Of a DNA stretch of 64,000 nucleotides, positions 51,966 through 63,700 are shown in pieces. The position numbers were made by a program, and so were the translations under genes. Source of the DNA: Tubiluchus corallicola (Eukaryota; Animalia; Priapulida); assembly GCA_030141605.1 (NCBI GenBank), contig JAQGDQ010000359.1, forward strand, positions 175,242 to 239,241. The letters are read 5' to 3'. A model generated the notes under the pieces. It searched no databases. It was given only the letters and a program-made list of their open reading frames with translations, and was not told the origin of the DNA. Numbering within the stretch: position 1 is the stretch's first letter; every line of letters starts with the position of its first letter.

Positions 51966-52599
51966 TTCGTTTCCCGCAGTTTTTAGCTGTCGATTCATTA
52001 TTTCAAAGCTGTACCAATTATTGCGTAACTGGCTATTTTTAACAACGCAAATATTTTCAAAAATCGATATTTGTTTTCTTCGACATGGCTATACAGCAAT
52101 ACTGAAGATGGCTCGTTATTATGCTAAACAACAAGAAAATGGCGGCTATTGTCTCAACTTGTGCTTTAAATCTTTGATACGTTTACTCTTTGCTGACAAT
52201 TCTGCTGAAGAAACGTGGTCACGTGACACGCGTGTTGTGTGAAAATTGCATTTTATTCATTTCGTGTTTGTAATTGCCCTAGAGTCTCATACGCCTGCAT
52301 CGCTGGCCAAGCAGAGATGAAGTTATTATTGCCGACGATTTCAGAACAAATGGAAAACTGATTTCAGTCAGTCTGTCAATACACCGAAGATTAATATTTT
52401 GTTTATATAAGTTGGTCCTCGGAAAGGTTTTTGTTGCACAGTGGAGACAACGTACTTGAAATGGGTTGCAACTTTTGTTGGACTCGATGAGCATGCTGCT
52501 TTGTGCTGCTACACAAAAGTACTTAAACTACAAAAATGTTTGTAAACGACCTGGCTTTTGATTTAGCATGCAAGTATTCTAGAAACTGCATGTATATTA

Positions 52600-52861
<262 letters not shown>

Positions 52862-53012
52862 GAGCTACTGAGCCACAGAAGCCATTAGGGTGGATAAGAC
52901 CTGATATGTACAGGCGTCGTCGGGGATGAGACCATTCATTCACAGAGAAGTGTCAATTTGAAAGCCCCTTGTTTGTCTTTTTAGTCACTTTTTGGTTTTT
53001 GTTTTGTTATCG

Positions 53013-53148
53013 GTCCTCCTCCCCTCCTCCCCCTCCTCTTCCTCCTCCTTTCCCTCCTCTTCCTCCTCCTCCTCGTCCTCCCCTCCTCCCCCTCCTCTTC
53101 CTCCTCCTTTCCCTCCTCTTCCTCCTCCTCCTTCTCCGCCTCCTCCTG
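53013..53148. repeat. (CCT)n polypyrimidine tract
   Basis: Visible directly. Confidence 0.9.
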
Positions 53149-53703
53149 TTTGTAAATATGTATATATGTAAATCTTGTTAGAGATGTTGTACGGAAAAAG
53201 TTGTTATAAATTAATTCAAATTATATTTTACAGAAAAACATGTACTGAATTAATCGTTATATAAATTATAGTGTAAAATATGTATATGTTTAAACTTTTT
53301 CTTAATAGGTGTTGTGAAAGTTAATATTGTGGTTTTGATGTATATATGTAAAAGTTATGTAAAAGTTAGAAAACTGAAACACTACTGGCAGAGTATGTTG
53401 GTACAAAATTGGCATTATGTATAATATTGTTATCGTAGATAACTATTTTGTAAACGAACCCCTGTAAACGAATATTTTGTAAACGAAACAAATAGAGGGG
53501 AAACAATGTACTTATTGTTTAATAAAAAGACTTATAAAAAACACCTCCAGTTTTTTCATATTTCCTTTGTCAGCTTTCTTGTCTTCACCACCACTGCCGT
53601 CATTTTTCTTTTTGTCTCTTGGTTCTTCACTTGCTACTTATTTCCATCTTTGTGTCATTTTTGCTTTTTCGTTTCATTGATAAACATTTTGCTTCCATTT
53701 CAG

Positions 53704-53824
53704 GGAGATCTGGAGTTGGAAAATTTCGTTCATGAAGACAGTTCAAAATGCGGTCTGCGCTCCTGTGCATTTAACGAGGATTGTTGCGGGGATGACCTCT
53801 GTGTAGATGTGCCAGGAAGAGAAG
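53704..53824 (+). CDS. Internal exon of an ITG-like peptide / prohormone-3-like cysteine-rich precursor; other exons not found
   Basis: Long pyrimidine tract with TTTCAG acceptor and GTGAGT donor. GDLELENFVHEDSSKCGLRSCAFNEDCCGDDLCVDVPGRE has the C-x4-C-x5-CC-x4-C-V-D spacing of prohormone-3/ITG precursors. Confidence 0.65.
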
Positions 53825-54096
53825 GTGAGTAATAGTGGGAGGCGCTTGAGAAGATGAGTACTAATGGGAGAGGGGGGCATGTTTTGTAGGGTGACTGTGA
53901 CAATATAGGAAAATATAGGCGCTTCTACAATAAACAGTACAGATAAAATTTGCTGAAGTGCTGAAATATGCTAATCAATTTCAATCATTTTCAAATAATT
54001 AATGTGGTTGTGTTAATTAATTTAGTAAGTGATTGTACTGCAAGAATTACTGCAAATGTACACGGTTAAATTGCAGTCAGAAGCAGGAGCAACGCG

Positions 54097-54315
54097 CAGG
54101 GCCTATTTCAGGGGGGTATACTTCCCCGGGGCCTCACCCTCCAGGGGGGCCTCACGCCGAGGTAATTTTTTTTGCTTCATGCAAACATACTGCGTCCTCT
54201 CCCCCTCTCTCTCTCTGTTGCGTTGCCGCACGCACCCCCTCCCCCCTCCCCCCCCCCCCCCCCGAGGGGCCTCACACGCCCCACTTCCCCGAGCGTCGCT
54301 TAGGCTGAGGCCCTG
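54097..54315. mobile_element. GC-rich hAT-type MITE
   Basis: CAGGGCCT...AGGCCCTG termini; 8-bp TSD GCAACGCG/GCAACGTG. Confidence 0.8.
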
Positions 54316-55143
54316 GCAACGTGGCATATTGTGAAAAACACACTCAAATTCATCAGGTTGGCTCAAATTTGGTTCAAAACGAACTTGCACTTCCGCTTTG
54401 AGACATCATAATATTGCAAAAATTCCAATTTCTTTTGACTTAATTTTCAACTTTGATAATGACATTTGTGTCATGCAAATAAAAAGCATGCATGTTGATT
54501 CCTAAAGTCCGGCTCTTTCTTGTATAAGAAATACTTACGTTATTCCAAGTTTTCTACCGTATAACTTGCTTTTTGCGCATTCCAAAGTGTCTATATCAGC
54601 TTTTTCTGGAACACCCTGTAGAAACAGTCAAATGTGGCATACGAACTGACAAACGAATCGAAAAGCATCAATAGTCTGGTCCATTGTGGGACAGACAAAT
54701 GCGACCTAAGTCATCTTACAAAATAGTTGGTAATTGTACACTCCCAGTTGGAAACACACAAATATTCGATTGATACAGACAATGTTGTCTCTGCTTTTAA
54801 ATATCTCACTTGACATGCGATATCTCTAATAATTCATGCTGCATCTAGAATGAACAACATCACATTTAGCCGATTCATAGTCATACCCTTGATTCCTTGT
54901 CGAGGCTTATAGAAAATGCCCTCCTTTTACGTTCCGAGTAGCACTTCTACCATTGGTCATTGATGGTTAAATTTAACAAAAAAATTTGACCTTTGCGAGG
55001 AGGGAAATGGGCGCCCCCCTCTGATATCAAGGTAAGCACTTGTTTCAAACAGACAACGCAGGCAGGCAAAAACTAATGCTTCAGACACACGGATTAATCA
55101 GAACTCTTAAATGCTTTTATTAAAACTTTATAAATTGAAAATC

Positions 55144-55198
55144 ATTGGAAATCAGTTGGGATTTTCCCGCACAGGTTCGAATCCTGTCGACTGCGCCA
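55144..55198 (+). pseudogene. 3' 55 nt of a tRNA-Ser including CCA (extended PBS / reverse-transcribed primer), not a functional tRNA gene
   Basis: ATT GGA AA TCAGT T GGGA TTT TCCC GC ACAGG TTCGAAT CCTGT CGACTGC G CCA: variable arm and T arm pair, G discriminator, no 5' half. Confidence 0.9.
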
Positions 55199-55203
55199 AA
55201 ATT

Positions 55204-55526
55204 TGTAGTGTTTTGTTTCTCTCGGAAGGCTCGTTGACAAAACCAGAAAACACGTCGTCAAACTAAACTAGTTTATTATGCGAGAATTCTACAACACAAA
55301 AGTATGAAGGAACGCGAAATGTTTACAGTAAATGTGATAATCTGGAAACGTGAAAGCAAGAAAGCGTATCTGAGAATCTGAGAATACAAGAGAATAAACT
55401 ACAGCGGCCAGCTCCACCTTATATATCAGTGCAAAGGAACAATCTAGAAATAGAAAGTTCTAGAAACTTCTACAAGGTAAGAAGATTGTTCTACTATAGT
55501 ACAGAATATTCCAGATCTCCACAACA
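55204..55526 (-). mobile_element. LTR (323 bp), same family as 21486-21854
   Basis: Minus strand TGTTGTGGAGATC...GAGAGAAACAAAACACTACA with TATA and AATAAA; PBS TGGCGCAGTCGACAGGAT follows after 5 nt. Confidence 0.85.
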
Positions 55527-56524
55527 GATACAAAATAACACAATTCTCTTTGTAAAAAATTTAACACAAAACAGTCTGCTAAAAAGTAGTTCCCAACTCC
55601 TCCGCCTTCCTGCCAAATAGTTCCACATTAACAAAAAAGGAAGAAATTTGTTGTTTCCTACGTTCCTCGCGACAAGGCCTCTCTGTTGAAGTTCCACAAG
55701 CCAATATATTAGCGTAGTAAGATCATCATCTCGCTACTGACCCGCATTTTGCTGTACAAAATAATTTAATGTGGACGTGCAGAAACCGAAATTCACACAG
55801 GGGAATCACGTATAACACAGGTCAGCTATGAATTATACATGAATGGCACAGATGATCCAAATTTGGTTAGGGGAATCCAAATCCCGTAAAGATGGTAAAG
55901 ATAATGAATCTGGTCAAGGATTTTGACGCCAGGGCGTAGAGCTCTAAAACTTTGCTTCCTCTTACAACAAACTAAAGCTTTAGTAGGCCATCCCAAAATG
56001 CGAAATTCAAAAATAGACCATACTTTAACAAATTTTTAACTGAGGGGGTGGAACCTTTAGTGGAAAAATAAACGCAAACACCACCCACGCAGAGAAACAT
56101 CTTTCGATTCTTTCGATGATCTAATGCTTCAGTATCTTAGCTAATATACAAGCCTATATTACTGTATTTTGCTTAAATGGTAAGCAAGCACTCTTCATTA
56201 ATAAAGCTTAAAAATTCGTCTTGAAATCACCACTTGCATGCTGACTTATTGCATAAAGAGATTGCATTAGCAGTAACGTTGTATAAAACATGTCAATTTA
56301 AACTGCTGCAATGACCTTTAGACGCAGCCATTTTAACGGTAAATCGTTTGAAACAAGTTTCGACAATCAGAGCATTCGTAGCGCACTGTTCCCTAACTAA
56401 GCATAAGTTTTTGGTGTTCCAGTGGTGCACACTGGGTATGGCCATGCAGTGACACCTTACAGCGAATATTTTAAATTATTAAGAATTTTCTTTTCCTCTT
56501 ACGTAATTTTTTCAAGCAGGTAAT

Positions 56525-56915
56525 CGAAATGCTAAGTAATGTAGATTTGCATGAAAAGTTTTTTAGGACGTAATTAAACATTTCCTTTTCTTCCCCTGAT
56601 TTACGTTTGCGTGGTGACGTCATGTAATGGCGACTTCGGAACAGTATTGCGGGAGATTTAAAACAAAAACAAACATAAATGCCTTTCAACGCGAGTGCGA
56701 TATGTGCATGAAAATGCTGCAAAGTAATATAATTTTTAAGACGATTTTTCTGCAGCCTACTTCAGGTACCCTTTTCTTGTCCTTTAATCTTTACTGGATT
56801 TGGTTGCCTTTGTGTGCAATAGCAGTAAGCCTGTTGCGCAAAAATTACCCAACAGATTTCCACGAAACTTTGTGGAGAAGGCGGGTATTGGCTGCCAAAA
56901 TTGACGTTTTTTTTT
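56525..56915 (+). repeat. Dispersed repeat, copy 2
   Basis: Matches 47905-48295. Confidence 0.8.
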
Positions 56916-57141
56916 CGCTCGTGGTGTATAAGCTAAGTAGAATGGCTTTGTATGAGAAGTTTTTTTGAGATACACTTTAAAATTTTCTTTCTTCGTATGT
57001 GGCAGGTTACCTATGGTTATGGTTATTGGCTAACACGCCGAAACGTTTGATTAAAGAAAGATGTTTCCAATCCTAGGATCTTATAATAAATTATGTTTAA
57101 ATTACAGATGTCTCTTTACGTGTGGTGGATTCACCTTACAC

Positions 57142-57615
57142 CAGGGGTGTGCAAATTATCTGACTAGCCGGGCGAGATTAAACTTTCCCGCAATTCCTGC
57201 GGGCCACAGACACTTTGATCAAGAAGCCAAGTACAGAAAGGCCTAATAACGATTTTTTTTGCAAACGACCTGCGTACATCATTACTACTACACTCAAGAA
57301 ACTAGTTATTAAAATTTATATTACATACCATATATTTCTACTTTCAGGACAGATAGTTGTAATTTCATTACAATGCATATTAGTAATGTGTATCACACAG
57401 TCTGTGTAGTACAGTGACATTAAGCTACAACCGTCTTGTAAGGGTTAATGGCATCTGATCTAGTAGAAAAAACTAACCGCACTATCTTTGGGATCGTGGC
57501 ACGGACTTCAGCTGGATACACTCAATTAATCGCCGGGCCGCACTTTCATTAGGTTGACAAATCTCTTCGTGAGCCGAACAAATTTTCTCGGCGGGCCGCA
57601 ATTTGCACACCCCTG
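57142..57615. mobile_element. hAT-type MITE (474 bp), same family as 7860-8360
   Basis: Same TIRs; perfect 8-bp TSD CCTTACAC. Confidence 0.93.
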
Positions 57616-57776
57616 CCTTACACGTTCTGTGTGAAAGAAGCGTGTCCATTCTGATTGCTCTATGTTGTGCGTGGATAATGTGTTTGTTTGTCTGTTAAAT
57701 TTTATTAATTGTTTATTAAACTGTTGCACAAGGAGAACCGATTAAACTCGAACATGAAGTAAAACGTCTTGGTCAC

Positions 57777-60700
57777 TGTGACGCCGTGTAATAACTAAAT
57801 CAGGACGTTAAGAAATCAGAGTACTGTATTCAGGGTTCTCGAGCGTTTCCGTCACTTTTATATGCTAAATCTACAGGATAATCATTCATTTGTGTAGGCT
57901 ACGTGAATCCGTGTCACTGATGAAACACTTGTGTGCACGTGCAAATTATTTAATCAGAACGAAAACGGAACTAAAAGCTAATATTTAGATTTAGAATTTA
58001 ATCAGTAAAACAACAATAGCAAATTAAATTGATAACAATTTCGAACAATACCTAATTCCCCCAAAGTAACGTTGGCCGGCTACGCTTCTGTCTCTCATCA
58101 GGCTTCCGGATCTATCAACCACGCTCTTGAGTCTCCAACCATACGGCATCGGCTTTTCATCTCCAGCAGTCAGCCACGTCCTCGCCAGCAACTCTTTGCC
58201 AATGGTCACCAATCCAGCCTCTGCATGGACCACGCTTTAAAACTGCTCCAGCAATCCAGCGGTTGAACTCGTACCTGGTTGCCTCGGGATTGAACTCTCG
58301 CCTGGTTGACTCGGACTTCCAGTAATAAAGCCAGATATCGTCCTTTTGCAGGGTGACAAACAGAACCTTCAGTTCAGACAAACAGACAGACCATTGGTCC
58401 AAGTAGAACTGGTCCACGACTGGTTTTCCACTACTATTCAACGAGAATTTTAGTCCTATTCTGCAGGTAGAAATATGGTTACCAAACACTTGCTTCTTGG
58501 AATGTCAAGACAGTGTCATCACAGCAAACAACGAATAAACAAAAGTAGACAAAACCATTGCCTTTATGACAAATCATCTCACTGCATACGAGTACCATTA
58601 AAGACAGGTTCACACCAAACTTGGTGTTCAGCCATATAAAATAACCTCAGGATGTGGACTAACCAGCAAAACTCCACCACCCTGTAACTTTGACAGTCAG
58701 AACATAACTAGTGTAAAACACGAACTCTGTAGTAAGATCCCAAAACAGGTTGAAGCCATTTGGTATTCGAATTTTCAGGTAACCTAATTACAGGTAAGCA
58801 GAGAAATAAGCGGCCAGAGCCATCTAGTGTCAAAATCTTACAAAAACACACAATGTAATATAAGTTTAAATAAACAGTGCAATAAATCAATCAGGTACTT
58901 AGATCATTATTTATGCGCACGCAACAACATACGAAAGATATATCAAAATAGGTGTTGCGACAATGATGGGTGGTATAACCGATCATCACATAGCATCTCT
59001 CTCCTTTTAAAACTCTGAAGGAGTTTTCACAACATAGCGACACCTATATTGAAACGATTGAAGAAAATAAAAGCTAAACAATGATTTGCTAACTAAATGG
59101 GCTATCTTAATTACTCTGAGAAGCAACTTCAATCAATACTGATACAAAATAAATCTACGAATAACACAATAAACGACTTTACTTCTGCCATTTCACTTTT
59201 AAAGGCTTTATGTTGTTTAATTAAAAAAACAATTTCTTCGTATAAAACTATCAAAATTAGGCAAAATTTATAGGCGTGAAAGTGCATCCGCCACAACATT
59301 CATTCGTCCCGGAATATTCTCCACCGTGTAAGAGTATTCCTGGAGAATGAGCAACCAGTGACACAACCGGCGGTTATTACGCTTAATGCGAGGAAGGGCC
59401 AACAAGCTGCGCTGGTCAGTTCGGATAGTAAAATGCCGCCCTTCCAGGAAGTATCTCAACTTCTCCACACAGTAAACAACTGCTAAACACTCCACTTCTA
59501 CCACACTGTAATTACGCTCAGTAACAGTTAATTTTCTGCTGAGGTCTGTTATAGGTAGTTCGCCATGTTCACTTTGTTCTTGGGATAGTACCCCACCTAC
59601 ACCACTCAAAGATGCATCAGTAGTCAGCATGAAAGGCTTCATGAAATCTGGAGAGTGCAATACAGTGTCGGAGCCAAGGCAGTCTTGCAATTCCACAAAA
59701 CTCCGCTCGCAGGCTTCTGTCCACTCAACTTTGGTTGGAGCGCTTTTCTCAAGTAGCTGAAAAAGAGCAGCAGCCTTGGTACTAAACATAGGAATGAACC
59801 TACGGTAGAAGCCAACAAGTCCCAAGTAGGCCCGTACTTGTTTCTTGTTTTGTGGACGTGGGAAGTTGTGTATGCGTAGAATCTTGTTGGGTTGTGGCCA
59901 AGTATATTCCTGCAGTACTCGCTTAGTAGTTTTTCCAATGCCTAAATGTCCAGCCATCTTATTATCATGTGCCAGGGAGAGCACCTCCAGTCTCCTTGTC
60001 TTAGGCACAACCAGTAGTTCTCGTGGTTCTAGGCTAGGACGCTCACATGCCAGGTAATAAAGTACTCCTTCACGAAGATAGTAGCCTTTGCCTTCTTTCC
60101 TCACAATTTCTTCAGTGCGTGCATTGTCGCGTAAGTTCCTTAAAGTTACATCATCTACTTGTTCTTGGTGTAACTGTGATTTACTGAGCACAGTTAGGTG
60201 CATTTGGTTTTGCTTTGACTCGTGCTCAGTCAGTGGAGGTGCTTTGATTCTGTCTTGCAAAAACTCTTGTTGGAGGGTCTTGTCTCTTTTCTCAAGGTTT
60301 TGCAGTTTCGCAGCTTTACTGCGTGTAACAACTAATGCCGTGTGCAGCTTGTCACCACTACTGTTTTCATCCTGCTTCATAGCATGCTTTTTAAATTGGC
60401 AGGAGGAATCCATGTTGGCCACAGTAGCTGTTGAAGCTGGTTTCGGTACACACTGGAAGTTCTTACTCCTCTTTGCCGGGAATGGAGTAACTGCCGTCCG
60501 AAAGTCATTACCAAGTAAGAAGTCAACTGGAAGGTCACCAGAGACAGCCACTGTCAAATACCCACTGACCATCGGACTTTCAACCTCCGCAATAGCCATG
60601 CGTACTTCCTTGGAATCTCCATGTACACACTTAATCGTCCTGGTTGACTCATCAACATATTGCTCTGGCCTTACCAAATCTGGGTGAACAAGGCTAGTGC

Positions 60701-63700
60701 ATGCCCCAGTGTCGCGCATGCATTTCACATTCTTGCCATTCACAGATGCCCAGCAGCAATATTCATCTTCAGAAGATGCAATAATGTTGCGCAACTTCTT
60801 TGTGGTTTTTCTTGAACCACCTTCCTGGGTCTTCTTAGCATCACCTTTAGCTAAAAAATTCCGACCCATCGTGCTTCTGCCTTTCCCGGTGGCTTCAGCA
60901 CCTGCCATGCTTCTTCTGCATTGATTTCTTTTATGTCCCAACTCGCCGCAGGAATAGCACTTCACATTAGATCCACTATACGTGCTTCTTCCTCTTGCTA
61001 AGCTACTACCATCGTGCATTGGCTGCTTGAATCCTTTCTTAAATGTGTGAGGTTGCATGACTTTTAGGCCACCCTGTATCGACATCACAGATGCTTGGTA
61101 CAAGTCTGCTTTTTCCACAACATCATCGAAGGAATGAAGATCTTGCCTCCGGACCCATTCACACATGTCACGTGACATCAGTGTTAAGACTTGTTCCTTA
61201 CAGACCAATTCCACAACTTTATCTACAGAGTCAGCATCTTCTGCATTTCTGTACTCATTGTAGGCACGAACAAGTCTTCTGCCAACTTGCTGAAAAGTCT
61301 CATTGGCCCTCTTTTTTATAGCACGAAAACGTTTCAAGTAGCTCTCGCTGGTTAATACATATGCTGCCAAAAGTGCTTTCTTCACAGCATCGTAGTTGCT
61401 CATTTGCTCAGGAGGTATTTGGTGAAAAGCAATGGAAGCTTTCCCGGTGAGTGCAGGCCCTAAAGATGCTGCATATACGTCCTGAGGAAGCTTATTTGCA
61501 GCTGCAGTTGATTCAAACTGACTTAAGAAATCGTCAATGTCTTCAGCGTTTTCATCAAAGACCCTCATTTTGATACGCTGGATGGGTGCATGCAATTGCG
61601 GGTTAACAGGAGGGGAAGGGTTTGCGACCTGTAATAAAGTGGGTGCGATCTCAATTCGTGCAAGCTCGGCACGCAATTTTTCAAGCTCAACCCGTTCCTG
61701 ATGTTCAAGTTGCTTAATACGTAACTCTTTGTCCATCTGCATTTGCATCTCCATCTGCTTGACAGCTCGACGCTCTTCGCTGCGTAGCTTTTCCAGTGTA
61801 ATCATAACTGAATACCTCTCTGAGGGGGGTAATTGCTGCATTCCGTCAGTAATGTCATCTACCATAAATGACAAGTCGGGCGGAGGTGTGTGTTCTAACC
61901 TCGTTGCCACAGTTGGCTTCCTTTTCACGCCACCTGAAATAGGGTTCACGGGAGTTGCTGCATTTAAATTAGTTTCAACATATGTACCCCCGTCCAGGTC
62001 CGCATCACCAAGGCCTTGAATTGCTTGTGTTAGCGCAGGTTGCGTCATATTCAAAGGAAGCTGAGCTTGTAGGATAGCAGCTATTAAAACAGGTTTAGTC
62101 GCTGTTGAGGCAACTGTGATCCCGCATTCAGCTATAATTTCTTTTAGCTGTGACACTTTTAAAATATTTAACTCGTTTTCAGTGTATGCGTTTGCTGCCA
62201 TGGTAATTTACCGTTTCGTTTTATTATTAATTTAATAAGGTTAATACAGCAGTCAAATACTATGTGCAATTGTATTTACCTTATAGTATTAGATTCTATG
62301 TAATTAATTTTTTTGCAAAGTATTTATTTGCGTTTTGTTTCGTTTTAACTTTGCTATTACACTTGTGAAAATTTATTCACCACTCACGTGGTTTCTTTTA
62401 CTCTTCTCTCACTCTGTACACAAGCAAATTGCTCTGGTTACATACAGCTAGTACTGTGCAAAATAAGTCCCGAACCGAACAGGAAGTTACAAGCCGTTCA
62501 ATATATTACTAGGGCTCACCAATTCGTAAACAAGCTTTTGCGTCGCATGCACTTCACAGTCAGACAATGTGACCTAGTTTACCTATAGTTCGAAATCTCC
62601 TACTGCAATGAAACTACTAACTATTTGCGCAGAGAAATTTATACCTACAGCACGGTCAACGCAAGTGTCAAAAGTTCTAAGCTTACTCAGTAGAAATATT
62701 ATATTATCAGTTCTGCAAAGGGCAGAGATGCTATTTTTTTCAACAATAAACAGAATAAATAATCTGCACAGCGGTTTCATTCAGTGGCAGGCCTTAATTA
62801 TCCCACCGCTGCCACCAAATTGTGACGCCGTGTAATAATTAAATCAGGATGTTAAGAAATCAGAGTACTGTGTTCAGGGTTCTCGAGCGTTTCCGTCACT
62901 TTTATATGCTAAATCTACAGGATAATCATTTATTTGTGTAGGCTACGTGAATCCGTGTCACTGGTGAAACACTTGTGTGCACGTGCAAATTATTTAATCA
63001 GAACGACAACGGAACTAAAAGCTAATATTTAGATTTAGAATTTAATCAGTAAAACAACAATAGCAAATTAAATTGATAACAATTTCCAACAATACCTAAT
63101 TCCCCCAAAAGTAACGTTGGCCGGTTACGCTTCTGTCTCTCATCAGGCTTTTGGATCTATCAACCACGCTCTTGAGTCTCCAACCATACCGCATCAGCTT
63201 TTCATCTCCAGTAGTCAGCCACGTCCTCGCCAGCAACTCTTTGCCAAACGTCACCAATCCAGCCTCTGCATGGACAACGCTTTAAAAGTGCTCTAGCAAT
63301 CCAGCGGTTGAACTCGTACCTGGTTGCCTCGGGCTTGAACTCTTGCCTGGTTGCCTCAGACTCCCAGATATCGTTCTTTTGCAGGGTGACAAACAGAACC
63401 TTCAGCTCAGACAAACAGACAGACCATGGGTCCAGGTAGAACTGGTCCTCGACTAGTTTTCCACTACTATTCAGCGAGAATTTGAGTCCTATTCTGCAGG
63501 TAAACATATGGTTACCAAACACTTGCTTCTTGGAATGTCAAGACAGTGTCATCACAGCAAACAACGAATAAACTAAAGCAGACAAAACCATTGTCTTTGT
63601 AATAAATCATCTCACTGCATACGAGTACCATTAAAGACAGGTTCACACCAAACTTGGTGTTCAGTCATATAAAATAACCACAGGATGTGGACTAACCAGC

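Noticed and set aside
54985-55037. Possible next exon of the ITG-like gene ending at GTAAGC
   Set aside because: No convincing acceptor and no expected cysteine pattern.
60088-60687. 199-aa + strand ORF
   Set aside because: Antisense shadow of the element 3 ORF; the same applies to the small antisense ORFs in elements 1 and 2.
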